A stretch of DNA of 62,171 bases, counting the filler, from Sphacelaria rigidula (Eukaryota): NCBI GenBank assembly GCA_964200075.2. It is 8 parts of 8 records of this genome, joined end to end, with 100 filler letters (N's around TTAATTAATTAA, not from the genome) between each part and the next. Parts side by side here need not be neighbours in the genome. Positions count along the whole stretch, not along the records: positions 31,140 to 38,823 come from CAXNAA020013803.1; positions 38,924 to 46,606 come from CAXNAA020013804.1; positions 46,707 to 54,389 come from CAXNAA020013805.1; 5 more parts are not named here. The stretch is one strand, 5' to 3'. Shown piece after piece: positions 35,338-48,454 of the stretch (position 1 is the first letter of the stretch; every line of letters begins with the position of its first letter). The position numbers and the translations under genes are program-made. The notes below the pieces were generated by a model that was not told the DNA's origin, did no database searches, and was given only the letters and a program-made list of their open reading frames with translations.

Positions 35338-38300
35338 GGAGTGAGTGATGAAATGCATGCACAACCAATGTTGATGAGAATACAAGTATGCCAGTAGACA
35401 AGCATACCAGCAGCCTAAGCCTGGAGAGTTTAAACAGATTTCACGAATTAGTTGCAGTGTGCCCGGGTGTAGTTGCCCAATTCCCTCTATATCCAACACG
35501 CCTACTTCCAAGCCCCAAGATTGTCTGTCTTGAACTGTGGTCATGTTCCATTCATGTCCGAGTTATTGTCATGGTTCTCACTCGGCTGAGTGTCCAACCG
35601 CAGTCAACCCACGCACAACTCAGTCTTGCCTTCCAGCAACACTCGTCCAAGATGTATTCACGACTAGTATCAGATAGACACCCTGTGAACCCGGTGAGTA
35701 GGAACCTACTGCTCTAAATTCCTACAGTCCTGCGTAAGGCGGCGGGCGTACGTGCCCTCCTTGGGTCAATTTCACGTATGGCGTCGACGGTAGGGTTTGC
35801 TTTGCCTCGTCAACGCACACGAACCTACGCGTACGCGGACAAGATCTCGTCTCTTCTCCTAGTCAATTTTCTATCGATGTGCACTTAAACACACACACTT
35901 TGTACTGGTTGCTAGTTTGTGTCGGGACCTTCAACCCTACACATCAGCCCCGTACTTCGGTAGAATCCCCCGACAACCTACACTCCCATGGCTTGGAGGA
36001 TGAAGTGCCCGACAAAACTACGAGCGTATACACTAGCGACGACAGCGACGTCACCATTGACACCGGCATCCCGGTGGTGCTGCGGACGGCGGAGGTGGTT
36101 GCGGCAACGGAGGTGCTACGAGCGGTTTGTCACCAACCCCTCTCGGCCTGAGGACGCTATGTCGATTTAGCCGACACTGCTACCATCAACTTGCTCGGGT
36201 CAGGTCAGCGGCTGTCCAGGGTCAATATACAGGGGCCCGTAGCTGGCAGCGCTGACACAGTCCCGGCCGGCGCCATTGACCAGATTCCTGTGTATCTTCA
36301 ACGTCCATGTACGGCTTCGAGTACGCACATCAACTCAGCTAGTATTGTACCGTGGGTAGCGAACAGCCTCTCTGAAAATGAACTGGCTATCGGTCTGTCT
36401 TCCGTCATGGCTCCTTCGACCAACATAAACTCAATGATATACTTCACTGTCCCGGATTGGGCGGTACAGGTATTACGTCGATTTCCTTCAGCATTGCTCG
36501 CGTACTGTTTGCCCGTATGCTTAGAGGCTGCCACCACGCGACCATATGGCGCCTGGTTGAATATGCATAGGGATTTCCTATCTTTTTTCGCAGAGCAGAA
36601 GCGGGTTCGTTCGGACGATGTTTTTTCACGGGTGTGTATGGGCATCGGCAGTGAAAAGGTCTTCATCAGTACTTGGTGTTTCCCGGCGACTACAAACCAT
36701 CCTACGGCAGCAGAGGGTGTGTGAAAGCTAAGATTTGTTCTGCCTTGTAGACACGTAAAATTACCGCTGCTTGATCACCTGCTGGACCTATTTCCTGCGC
36801 AAGGGGCGAGGAGACGGACGCTGCGACTACAGTGTTCACACGTTAGTGCAGTTGATGATACATCGGTTACCTTTTACTGTTTCCGTTCTTTTACTCGCTT
36901 TCTTTTTCCAGCGGGCGTTTCCATCTAGTTCGCCTTGGGTAAGCTTTTTATGTGGATAATGACCATGACTGCATCCCTCGAAGACCAGAAAATGTGTGGG
37001 AGAAATTTGTTTTGTACTACTGTGCCATGTGCCTGTTGTAGCATTGAGAGCTCCAAATTGGTCTCGGTTACTCATGTTGTAGACAGCCCTTCGTTCTAGA
37101 GAAAACCGCATTGAAGTAGTCCAGTGGACAACATGTCGATATTGTACACCTGTATATGCCACGTTTCTCGGGCAGACTACACTGTGACTTCATTAAGCCT
37201 CCCCTCCACAAGACGGTGTTTTGAATGAACCCTGAGGCGTTTCGCTGCTTTCGTATCTTCCCCTACCATGTGGTACCGGCACATTGCTACAGAATTGCAT
37301 TCACCCCTATCTGCATTTTCTGCCGTACGTACATGTCTTCATCTTCACCTACAACACTCGGACGTCCCCTCATACGCTTCTTCACAAGCTGTATCAAGAC
37401 TTCATCAACCCTCTGCCCCACTAAACTGTGATTTTAAGTCTGCTTCGTTTCGCTACACTGGTATCTACGCCTTGCCTTGTATGGGGGCAGGAAGGGCGGG
37501 GTGGGGGGGGGGTCGACCTTTACATACATTGTTGTGTTACAAATTTGACCTCTCTCCTTCCTCTGTTCGAGTTCGTCATCTCAAGGGGTCTGTCTACGCC
37601 TTTCAGAAGTAGTCGCCCGGAAGTGGCCGCTCTGAGAGAGAGAATGATCGGTTGACGGAATTTAGGGGCCCCAGAATGATCTTGACCTAGATATTCAGGG
37701 ACGTACCTGCAGCTGGACGACGCTATACCCAGCGAGAAGGCACACACGTAAGTGCGTTGTGGTACAATATGCAGCACTTAACGTATCCGTTGGTTTCGGG
37801 GAACAAAGTACACAAACTCTACCGAGGGAAAGCTATCGCACATTAAGGTGGGGCCGTGAGCACCTCCTCATCGGCTTGGTAGGTATAAAGTAGTGGAGGT
37901 GTGAAGCCTGGACCCTCGGGTGGGGGTTGATGCGTGTGTGCTTACGTATGTAACAGAAGAACATGACTGTTGAGGTAGGTAATCAGCCATTACAGACTGA
38001 GTGAGTCCACACTTGTCCTATAGAATCGGATATCGATAATACACGTCGATTACCTGTGATTCTTTGTTTCTATAATCATATGAGATTTTCTGAATAGCGT
38101 CACCCCTCGACGAAAACTTTATTTTTCCCATAAAAGTACCTACGAAAAGCTTGAGTGCGCACCTTGAAGGTCAGCGGTACCACGGCGAACCGGCGAATGC
38201 ACAAGATATGTGTTGTGCGTGTATTTTCGAGTCATCATACGACAGGAGAGGGGGGGAGGGGGTGTAATTTGGGCCATTTTTTCCACGACATGTCACTTCA

Positions 38301-38823
38301 AATCGTTGTTGAAAACAGCAACTCTTGGTCGAACACGCTTCTTACCAATAAGTAGCACTTATTCATACTACTTGACACCGGTTCCACCCAAATACCGGCG
38401 CACCGCGAGTGTGTTTATGTAATAATCTATGCCTGACCCTACCTGACACTCTCCATAACGTGATGAGGAGGTACGATGCAGTGACTCAGACAAAGACTGA
38501 GGAACAGCAGGTAAGCGTGGTCATAAACCTGAAAGAGCGAGGGTCGCCTGACACACCGATGAGCCCCTGTTTTCCGTGGAATCAAACACCCAACCCTACT
38601 GTTTAAATGATGTGTGAATGGTGAAACACCCATGAGGCAGCGTGTAAGCCGTGGCTGTCTCAGGAAGTGACAATACCAGATATTAAAGCAAATCACTGTA
38701 GGCTGTCATCCGAATGCAAGATGATCAGTAGGCCTCGGGCCGAACACTCTCAGTAGGATGTAGCTCACCCTTCATGCGACTCGCCTAACACACGACGGCG
38801 CTTCGCGCTTGGTGTTTGAGTGC

Positions 38824-38923
38824 NNNNNNNNNNNNNNNNNNNNNNNNNNNNNNNNNNNNNNNNNNNNTTAATTAATTAANNNNNNNNNNNNNNNNNNNNN
38901 NNNNNNNNNNNNNNNNNNNNNNN
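38824..38923. other. Artificial contig linker
   Basis: N44-TTAATTAATTAA-N44. Confidence 0.99.
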
Positions 38924-39688
38924 AGGCAACAAAATGAAACAACAACGTGGACGGCGTCACCACATTCCGCGCGTTTTTACAGAGGTTTGTGGGAGAGCCT
39001 CCCTTGAACGCGACCTCGGCTCTATCCAGCCTGTTGGCCTCGACGCACAACTTACACACGGTGACCTCCTTGTACTGGAAGGGTACGTACACCTGGTAGT
39101 GCCCCTGTTTCCACACAGGATGGGTCGCGCCCTGCGGCTGCGACCTCTTCGTCATGTATCCGATCACGTTTTGCCGCTAGTGCTTTCTCTTTCGCGGTTG
39201 CGCCCGCGGCCGCCGCATCACTATTGCCGGCGCCGCTCTCTGGCCCTGTTGGGCTTGTTGTGGGTTGCTGTTGGCCCGTGGTCGCTTCTTGGCCCATGAT
39301 CAAGCAGTAGGCACGCGGCGTGGTGTGCGCATCGACTGCGGTGCTGAAGGGCCACACAAATTAAAAAAAAAAAAGCCCCCCTCGCCCCTGTACGAATATT
39401 GCGTTCTTCGTCCCCATGGTCCTGTGTGTTCTGTGTTCGTCCCCAGGGTCATGTGTGCCTCTGTGCGTCTTCCCACCTATGAAAACTATGTGCATACGGC
39501 CTCCGGTACGAAAGAGGCTCCCTTCCGTAGGTGTAGAAGGCTGCTGCGCTTCAGTAACAGCCTCTTGAACCCTAGTTAACATATATCGGCTGTACATCGG
39601 AAGAAACATCGTCGCCGTTTTCCGATTCCGATTTCGATTCAATCGGTCCGATTGAATCAGGTGAAACGGCTCCGATTGCACAACCCTA
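38924..39688 (-). mobile_element. Left end of a hAT transposon with a decayed BED zinc-finger transposase N-terminus
   Basis: Terminus TAGGGTTGTGCAATCGG at 39688 with clustered AATCGG/AATCGA subterminal repeats. Coding fragment PRKRKH*RQNVIGY...HPVWKQGHYQVY...VCKLCVEANR...GGSPTNL has an in-frame TAG. Confidence 0.7.
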
Positions 39689-40400
39689 CATATTGAAGAT
39701 TTCCACCCATCTGCACGCTATTTTCTCCCCGTGGATTGGTTATTCGGACCCGTGTCCGTTTACCTAATTTTGTCGGCTAGCTGTGAGGAAACCTATCAAC
39801 TGTCCGATTCTCTGGACGTCGACTTTTGGAATGTCATCGTTCTCGTCAAATCGAGATGCTCAATATGCGTGTACAAGCAACAGATATGCGGCCCAAATCT
39901 GTCCCTCACGCACACATACCCGGGAGTGTCTCGAATGGAGCAGAAAGGTGATGTACCAATAGTCGATGTCCAGAGAAACGGATGTGTTATCTGTTATTAT
40001 CGAAGCTAGCCGACAAGGATTGCCCAACGGACTGGGGTCCGAAAATTCAATTCACGGAGAAAAATCGCCCGCGCGCGGGCTGAAATCCTCAGATTTGTAC
40101 AAGTACATATTTGTCTCCATCAAAACTTAGATGCCAGATTTGCTTCCCACGGCAGATGTCAAACGTCAGAGCTGTGTCGAATGCTGCACCGCTACGCGGT
40201 ACTACATTATGAGCGACCGCTACCTTTGTTGCTATGTACAATCTACCGCAGTGCAAGATACAGAATGTCGTCGGTCATGGATTGGGGACCATGAATTTTG
40301 CACGGTCTTCGTAGCAACTGTCATACGTGAAAGTTACACCGCATATACTTTAGTGTATCAAACGCTCTGGCTCCGTACATCGCGCCCTTCTCTCTTCCAG

Positions 40401-40578
40401 GGCCGCCCGCTTGCGGCTAGTACCCGCGTTCTTAGCTCCACCCCGGACAAACCGTCGTACACGGAACGGCAAGCACAAACAGGCCGGCCGCTGTCGCCGC
40501 ACGTCACCATCTACGACTTCCCGCCGGCTGCTCTATCTTCCATCGCAAATCGCGTAACTGGCATCGCTCTTGTGGGAG
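40401..40578 (+). CDS. SDHC: Succinate dehydrogenase cytochrome b560 subunit, exon (first recognisable one; start-codon exon unresolved)
   Basis: Acceptor ttctctcttccag| followed by GRPLAASTRVLSSTPDKPSYTERQAQTGRPLSPHVTIYDFPPAALSSIANRVTGIALVG. Contains the SdhC hallmark RPLSPH-x-xIY...SI-x-xR-x-TG. Phase-1 donor G|gtgggt. Confidence 0.93.
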
Positions 40579-41782
40579 GTGGGTGCAACGAAGAGCGTGT
40601 GCACGTATTGGGTGCAACCGAGATTGGGTGACACAAGAAATTGACGAGCGCATGGCGCCGAGGCTGTGGGCTTCGTCCTACCTGAACCTGATTTCATCAC
40701 TGCGAGCTGTCATGCGAGCACTGTTGTAACATCGAGTTCTCCGACACAGTAGATCGTTCACTCCCAATATCTCCTGGTTCTCGGAAGACCTTAAGGGTTC
40801 ATTCTCAGGATGTAGGTAGTGATGTGTGCGGTCGGCATAATGTATCAGATAATTAGGTCGACAAGTCCGTATACCAGGAATATTGAGCTTGATCCTTTGC
40901 AGTGCTGTCGCGCTTTTGGCAGGGATGTTTCACAGAGAGATGTATGATGAGATCGCCGCGAACGTGGTCGCCAATATAGTTTTTTCGTCTTCGTTCTAGC
41001 CGTGCTGACGAAGATGAAGGAAATCACCGTGGTCCGGACTGAACGCATTGTAATGAAGATGGTCACTGGTCCTGCAAGCAATAGCTACTGTAGGATGATG
41101 AGGGAAGGTGTCCAGAGTTGCCTCATGGGCATGGATGATCACAGTGTGGATGATGCCGATGCCAGTGTTGTTCAAGAGAGTACCGACATACCCTTGATTG
41201 CTGTATGCAATCATGAGCACGAGAATCAAGAGCTGTTTGGTGCCTGCAGTTTGTTCGGTGTTTTGAGGGCCCGAGGTTCACGACAGTAGCGTCGCACTGT
41301 AGCCTGGTTTCTGGTAAAAATAGTCTTTGTGCAAAAAAAAGCGAGCCACAAACGCGATGCCATTATTCTGCGACGGTGATGCACGTTCAAAGACTGCAGT
41401 CACCGAGAGCTGGCAGCACAAGCGCACGCCACCATGCGCAAATCGGATCTCTCCGTGAAAATAGTTCCCGTCGAATAAATCTTGCGTTCTCGCGGAGTAC
41501 GATTGAGTCAAGATGCCCCATAGCGACTGTCCGAAGACTTTGCCCTTGACATGGCCGAGACTTCACTGTCGATGTTCATACGATAGTACCTTGCTTGATA
41601 TCTCCCGACAGACGGTCACAAGCATTCCTGACCACTAGCAATCAGTCGAGGCAGGGCCTGAGCCCCAACCGCGTGCCTAGCCCCAAGCACAGTAGATTAT
41701 TTCATTCCGTTGCCCTTCATGCACTACGTTTTTTCCTACCTATCATTTGTCTTTGTCCCTCTCCGTTCCTGTTCCGCTTCAG

Positions 41783-41931
41783 GTCTGTACGGTATCGCTG
41801 GAGTATCTCTGGTGGGCTGTGATGCCCCCATGTTGATGAGCACTCTCGGCTCTTCGGGAGTAGGCCCTGCCGTGAAGCTAGCTGTCTCGTTCCCGCTCGT
41901 GTACCACTACCTCGGAGCTGTGCGACACACA
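41783..41931 (+). CDS. SDHC: Succinate dehydrogenase cytochrome b560 subunit, internal exon
   Basis: Acceptor ttccgcttcag|. Phase-compatible with the previous exon: GLYGIAGVSLVGCDAPMLMSTLGSSGVGPAVKLAVSFPLVYHYLGAVRHT, containing the heme-ligand YH-x-x-x-x-xRH motif. Donor |gtgagt. Confidence 0.93.
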
Positions 41932-42805
41932 GTGAGTGGCCGAGATGACAGTGATTGCGTCCGTCCAGGCGTCAGTATAACCATGCATCGTCCGGACGTC
42001 ATCGTTAAATTCTGTGCGTTCAATGCTGCTGCATGGAACAACATGGCCAGCAAAAATACAACGACTCAAATCCCCCTGAGAAAATGCGTCCCCCGTGGAA
42101 GCCCTGGCCGGAATCTCTCACGGTGGGAAGCCATTGCTACGTCCTATTGACGGCCCGAGCTTGGAAGCTCGGAATCTAGCAAGCACCTTCCTTTGCCAAA
42201 GTACCGAGTCGTTTTCTATGGCTACTGAGCCGTTGTGTCTCAGCCCTATGTCCCACCTCAGGATGTCAACATCCGTTCTTCAGGCGTTTTGTGTAAGTAG
42301 AAGAGACGCTGCCGGTGGCCCTAGCCGTGTGAGGTGCTTAGGGTTTGAGGTTAGTATGGGCAGATGCCCAGCGCCAGCCGATTTCGTTCGTCCCAGGTAG
42401 CTGTATGGTGCGTTATGTGCGTGCAAACACTTGAAATGACGTAACTGCGACAGATATGGTGGGCTGGCTACCTCCCAATCTTCACACTTGGGTGTCGAAT
42501 TTCGCTCTTTGACTTGGCCCATTCATTCTCTGCCGGGAAACGGGTACGACCAGGCATCGTGCCCACCAGTCACCACGCGTGCTGCCATGGGGAAAACAAA
42601 CGCCGAGAAAATGTCCAGAAAATGTGCGGCACAGGCAGAGTTATCTGTCCGGTTTTGGGGGTTTCCGATTCGTCTGTGATGTACATGTGCCAATAGTTAT
42701 CAATAGTCATCATCCCGCAATTCAGTTCGCCCTTACTTCACAATGTGTCCACGTTGTGAACAGTCGCCCCATGCAATGTCGTCGTTTGTGCTGTTTCATG
42801 TCCAG

Positions 42806-42913
42806 GTATGGGACTACATGCCCCAGACCCTGCAGACTGAAGAAGTGTCCAAAAGCAGCTATGCCCTACTCGGTGCATCAGGGGTGCTGAGCCTAGGACT
42901 GGCGATGGTTTGA
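42806..42913 (+). CDS. SDHC: Succinate dehydrogenase cytochrome b560 subunit, last exon
   Basis: Acceptor catgtccag|, then VWDYMPQTLQTEEVSKSSYALLGASGVLSLGLAMV*. Completes the RH-x-x-WD motif and the last TM helix. This frame is absent from the ORF track. Confidence 0.9.
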   Translation, partial: VWDYMPQTLQTEEVSKSSYALLGASGVLSLGLAMV

Positions 42914-43704
42914 AGATCTCGCTTTACGTAGTCTTTTAATCTCACGCAGAAACACAGCTATCGTTGGATTTTTGAAGATGGTAGGCCATGGTGACGATGG
43001 GGCGCTGGTGAAGGAGGGGGGGGGGGGGGAGGGGGGCAAGAATTGTTGCATACCTGCATATTGGAGAAGATGCAGGCTTTCCCCCGGGGCGTCAGTACCT
43101 TTGCCTGCCCTACAAGAATTGGAAGGCTCCCCCACCGTTCCTGAAACTGTGGTGACGAGACACGTGTGCAGGCATTCATGTCTGTCGATGCGGGCGATTG
43201 CAAAGCGCGTAGTTTGGTTTTACTGTCAGTATTTACCACGTAGTACTGACCTCAAGAAGCAATTCCGTTGTTTCGCGCATCAATCGACCTTGCTCAGAAA
43301 GCATAGTTTTCGCATGTCTTGGCTACGCAACGACGTGAACAGTTCATGAAGGAAAATATGAGGCATGTAGAAATCACGGCTGTGATATGAAAAAGTGTGT
43401 GCGATTCAGCCCTGTGACGGCTTATGCACTTTTTTCCCGGGCACTTCGCCGCTCGTGAGACGCAATTGAAGGCGCCGAACCGTGAAAACAGGTGTATCGT
43501 AAGACGCTACCCTGAACGACCAAATAAATTCGCGTATATTGTCGCCATGCAAAGAACGGGGAGACGAGAGGCCCTTGAAGGCAACTTTCGAGATAAATTG
43601 ATCTTCTTTTTCCTCTGAAGGAAGGAGGAAACCTCACCCATGACGTACCCCGCGAACCGGTTCGTTCCGGTTAGAAGCGAGCACGGGCGTGCGCATGTTT
43701 CGGT

Positions 43705-43925
43705 CGTATGTATGTGTGTTGTGTTGTCCCATCTATTCTGGGCGCCGGTCTACACCTTTCGGTATATGTGGGCGCACCAGCCGGGGTCACACCGGAGGAA
43801 GGTCAACACAGGAGCTTTTTTTTTCTTTTTTCTAGTATCCCACTTTCCTTCGGCGGTGCTTGCCTTTATTGTTTATCGCAAGAGGGGTTTAGCAGTCCCT
43901 TTCCCTCGTCGACCGGTAAGTCGAA
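43705..43925 (-). mobile_element. SINE family A, 3' part
   Basis: Reverse complement matches GACGAGGGAAAGGGAC...TGTGTTGACCTTCCTC...GCGCCCACATATACCGAAAGGTGTAGAC...ATGGGACAACAC. Confidence 0.75.
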
Positions 43926-44011
43926 TTTACTAAATATTCTATTCTCGCTGTTCAGACTCAAATTAAGTAAGTCCAACTTTTGTGGCCCAACTCCGGTTAA
44001 CTCCACTGTGC

Positions 44012-44166
44012 TCTACAGGCAGCAGAGCTACTGCTGCACAAGCAGTAGAGCTCCCGCTGTACAGAGAGCATACTAACTACTGCTGTACAGGCGGCATAGC
44101 TACTGCTGTACAGGCAGCAGAGCTATGCTGTACAGGGAGAATAACTACTGCTGTATAGGCAGCAGT
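44012..44166. repeat. ~23-nt minisatellite CTACTGCTGTACAGGCAGCAGAG
   Basis: About 6 degenerate tandem units. Confidence 0.8.
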
Positions 44167-44543
44167 ACCTCTGCCAACGCCCACGCCGGCGAGTTTCTGG
44201 TAAGATGCCATCTACCCCGCCCTCTGCTGTTGCCGAGATGATGGATCATCACGGTACTAGGAGGCGAAGACAAGGAAGAAACACGTCGACTACCCGCTAG
44301 CAGCCGTAGCAGCAGCAGTAGTGATGGTAGTCAAGCCAGCATGGGAGCTGTTGTGTGGTGTAGGGTGTGATATGTGCGGTGGGATTTGAAATCCTTTTTT
44401 CAATAACCGTTTTTCTGATCGATGCAAACTTCAGAAAATATCCTGATTTTCCGATACAGTAGCTTCAGGTGATTTTGACAAAAAGCTACAAAGGAGACAA
44501 AAAACGCATTCTCCGACCACATCAAAAGGAAATGGAATTTTGG

Positions 44544-44546
<3 letters not shown>

Positions 44547-44614
<68 letters not shown>
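44547..44614. repeat. (CAT)n microsatellite
   Basis: About 22 perfect CAT units; source of the spurious poly-His ORF. Confidence 0.97.
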
Positions 44615-46606
44615 AATGCAGCTTTTATTGACAATATCTTTTCTTTTCAAAGATGGAGTGGTCTAACTGAGGACACACACAAGTATTGCTGTTGTCAATC
44701 TTCCATTTCTCGTTTATCGTTGTGGATGTCGGGCAGCGGCAGCGAGTGGAATGAGGGCAGCCGTATCCTGACTGGCAGGACGGGGTGCACCCGCAGGTGC
44801 CAGACACAACCCCTGCGCAGCCCCTCCACGTCAGGTTCCGCACGCGAACCTGCCGGTCGCTCGTAAGGCTCGCGACAACCCTTCATAAAACCAGTTCTAT
44901 AACAGTGCTCACTGTGGCAGCTATTGTCTCTGCGCAAGGCTTCCACGAGCTTCATCAGCTACATCGCCACATCGGCGTTCGCTTGCAGATTCTGAGATAG
45001 AGAGGTGCTGCGCAGGGGTCGTCTGCGCACCTGCGCCAGCGCCGATTCCTGGCAGAGGCTATATATCTATGCGTCGCTTTTGCCGCATCGAAAAAAAAAA
45101 GGGACCGCGCATTTTTCGCCTTCGGCGAAGGAAAAAGTGCCAGGGCGTTTTCGCCCGGTTTGAGAAAAAAAGTGGGGGAGGGGGAGGGGGTCCGCCGAGT
45201 GTTTCTTCCTTAGAGGCGATCCGTACTTTGACAAGTTTTTTTGTTGCGTATCTCAAGCTTAAAACCCCATATGTTTCCCTTCCGGCTGCCCCTATGCGGT
45301 CGGTGCATTTCCGGGGGGGGTGCATATCGCCCCCGGCTGTCATCTACGCCCGCCTCTACCCCACTCGATGCCGCTGCTCCAACTTCGGTCAACCACACCC
45401 ACTCGTGAACAATCGCTTGCTTAATCCGAATGCCGATTTTTTTTTCCACACTATCCACGTCCCTCTCTGACAGCTGACAGGTGTGGTATCTCGTACCCTG
45501 TTTACAATTTGATTCTTGATACTTTTCTGGATGCCGCACAGTTTAAAACCGAAATACGATCATTTCTACTGTATTATCCGCGCTTCATGCGTTTGCGCCT
45601 CTGAATCGAGGAGTATTTTTCACACTTTCTTCGAGTGCGAACCTGGTGTAGCCAAATTGAGCCCATATGAGGATATACATGTTATCATTATAGTATAAAC
45701 CCCTCGCCTTCCTGCCACCTCTGTGAGAAAATAATGATAATAACTTCATCTAAAGGTACCAGTCTACTTCCGCCGTACAAAAAGACTCGAAAACCTTCAA
45801 AAAGCTAAAAAAGGGGTCAGTCAGATCAAAGCGGCGTTTCTTTCTTGAGCAAATGTGCGCATCTATGAAACAAAAAACCTCAGCTCACTTCGTCCATTTC
45901 CACGTGGCGCGCCATCTCCTTCTTAATGCTTCTTCCCGTCCAGAACCACTCGAGCCCAACGCCCGCCAGCGCCCCGAACAGCAACATGTACCCTCCCCTC
46001 CTGAACCCAAAAATAACAACAACATCATCATCGTCGTCGTCATCATCATCATCATCATCGGCATCATAATCATCATCACCAACTGCATCATCACGAGGGC
46101 GTGACTTGTTTCATAAAAAAGGTAAACAGAGCTGTGCGTGCAAACTGCTTGAAGTAATGACGGCGGCCGGCCACTGTTGTCAAACTGTGGAGATTTCACG
46201 GCTGAACTTTCTCTTCATGATGGTATGTCTGCATTTTCGGAGTAGTCTTATTTGCGCCATTTTCAAGTGTGAGGGCGTGAGTACCAAGAGTCATGATCCA
46301 GCCGAAAGTTTTGACACTAACTCGGGCAGCAATCGGTTGATTGATCCTTTCAGACTGCGAGCTCGTCTCGGGGGTGGTATCGAGAGTATGACGAAAAAAA
46401 AAGTGAACAGCGACAAATGGAATGAGTGTCGCACCCTACTATCAATATCAAATCGTTACTGTCTCTACGCCCCTCGGATGGGCGTATCACTCTTTTCATC
46501 ACGGATCTTATTTACCCTTTTGGGGCCGGGCCTCCAGAACAACCAATGAGGCTGGTCAGGAATGACGTGTCTGGCGTCTGCACGAAACAGTGGCGTGTTG
46601 CTGAAA

Positions 46607-46706
46607 NNNNNNNNNNNNNNNNNNNNNNNNNNNNNNNNNNNNNNNNNNNNTTAATTAATTAANNNNNNNNNNNNNNNNNNNNNNNNNNNNNNNNNNNNNN
46701 NNNNNN
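46607..46706. other. Artificial contig linker
   Basis: N44-TTAATTAATTAA-N44. Confidence 0.99.
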
Positions 46707-47024
46707 AAAATGTCTATTTTTTACCCCTTCTTGTGTTGAAAAAAAAAAAAACGACCGCCGGAGGGGGGGGGGGGTACATAGGGTATCGGAGCTTTTTATT
46801 GGGCACCCTCGAACCGGTACTCAATTTTTGCCGGATTCCGATCTTGAACGCTCGGCCATAATCGCGGATTGCGAAAATTATGAAATTCACAAGATCATTA
46901 CCATGTGTGGGTCCCGTGCAGATTTGAAGAAGATACTTGTACCGTTTCAACTTTTCGTTCAAGACGGGCGCGATTTCGATATCGAACGGGTCCCATCAGG
47001 GGCTGGCCATAAAAGCAGCAGTGA

Positions 47025-47737
47025 ACCGTTCGTCCCTGTGGTTCAGTTCGTGATTTCGACACTTCCTGCCGGTTGTCACGTGGGTTCGAAATTCGGCGCA
47101 AGTCACAAGATCTTGGATTTTTGTTTCACATCATTCCCAGCAGCGGAGAGCGACATTATCGTGAAAATATCGATTATACGGTTGACGAGGGGAAAGGACC
47201 GTTGGACCTTTCTCGCGGTAAAAAGTAACGCAAGCACCGCAGAAGATAGGTGGAGTACGTACAAAAAAAAAAAAGCGTCTGTGTTGACCTTCCTCACGTG
47301 AGACCCCGACGGATGCGCCCACATATACTGAAAGGTGTAGACTGGCGTACAGAACACATGGGATGACGACACACAGAACACAACATGGTGATCTTCATCG
47401 AGCGACACCTTATGCCGGTTGTTACGTGGGTTCAGAATCCGGCGGAAGTCACAACATCTGGTTATTTTTCCACGTCATGCCCAGCAGCGGAGAGCGACAT
47501 TATCGTGAGTACACGAAGATCAATCACACGGTTGATGATGGAAAGGGACCGTTGAACCTTTCTCACGGTGAAAAGTAAGGCAAGCACCACAGAAGATGGG
47601 TGGAATACTTGAAAAAGCAAAACTTCGATGTTGACTTTCCTCAGTTGAGACCCCGACGGTTGCGCCCACATATATCGAAAGGTGTAGACTGGTGTACAGA
47701 ACACATGGGATGACAACACACAGAACACACAACATGG
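47025..47737 (+). mobile_element. Two tandem copies of SINE family A (~47025-47386 full length; ~47387-47737 5'-clipped)
   Basis: About 350-nt direct repeats with a degenerate A box (TGGTTCAGTTCG) and B box (GGTTCGAAATT), a shared body, and CA-rich tails. Confidence 0.8.
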
Positions 47738-48454
47738 GAATCTTGATCAAAGCTATTTAACCAGTTAGATTCCCTAGCTGGTGGCGGTTATGACGACTTG
47801 AACGATGTGGGGACCGAGTAAATATTTGCTTCGAAATTCGTATGTTCAAATTCAGAACAGTTTCAAGGTCGCTGATGGGTCGAGGGTCCCTTCCGCCCCG
47901 CCCTCAGCTCCACCGCCATGTCCTTGAATAAACTCCGGCCAGGTGCCCCTCTTCAGTTGTCCATGGCGGTCATTATTATATCATGTTTGCGACTATTGGG
48001 TGGGTATTGCGAAAGGCATATGCTGGTGAGTGAATTTTGGATCAAAACCATGAACCAGGTTGTACTGTATGTGAAATAATTACGATGTGACATGAAGTGC
48101 AAACAGGGAAAACAAAACATACTCGACGTTGCTTTAGCACTGCCCATGAAATGAATAAAAAGATCGCGAGCGCAGAAGAAAGCAGCAAGGTATATATGCC
48201 TGTACATGCTTACATCGCAGTAGCAGTTTTAGCCAGCGTACACCCTACATCACGAATGGGTCGTTAAAAAACCGGGTCGGTAAAATTCGAAACAGTATTT
48301 TGCAGGCCGCTTACCGGCTCACATTTGGTGTGTGTATTGAATTTTTGTGTGGATCAGGTTTATTCCTTGTATTTTTCACTGGTTTACAGCGTTTTAGACC
48401 GACTGTAATGGGAGCTAATTCGAAAATTCCTTTCAGGCCGTTTTCCGTCATGTA

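Noticed and set aside
36191-36724. 177-aa ORF
   Set aside because: No ATG start or splice support; more likely a decayed LTR-retroelement remnant than a gene.
44540-44866. Poly-His ORF; also poly-Ile ORFs at 22189-22666
   Set aside because: Translations of (CAT)n and (ATT)n microsatellites.
44920-44965. Hammerhead-like CTGATGA on the minus strand (also 51722 on the plus strand)
   Set aside because: No stem II followed by GAAA and no compatible cleavage-site helix.
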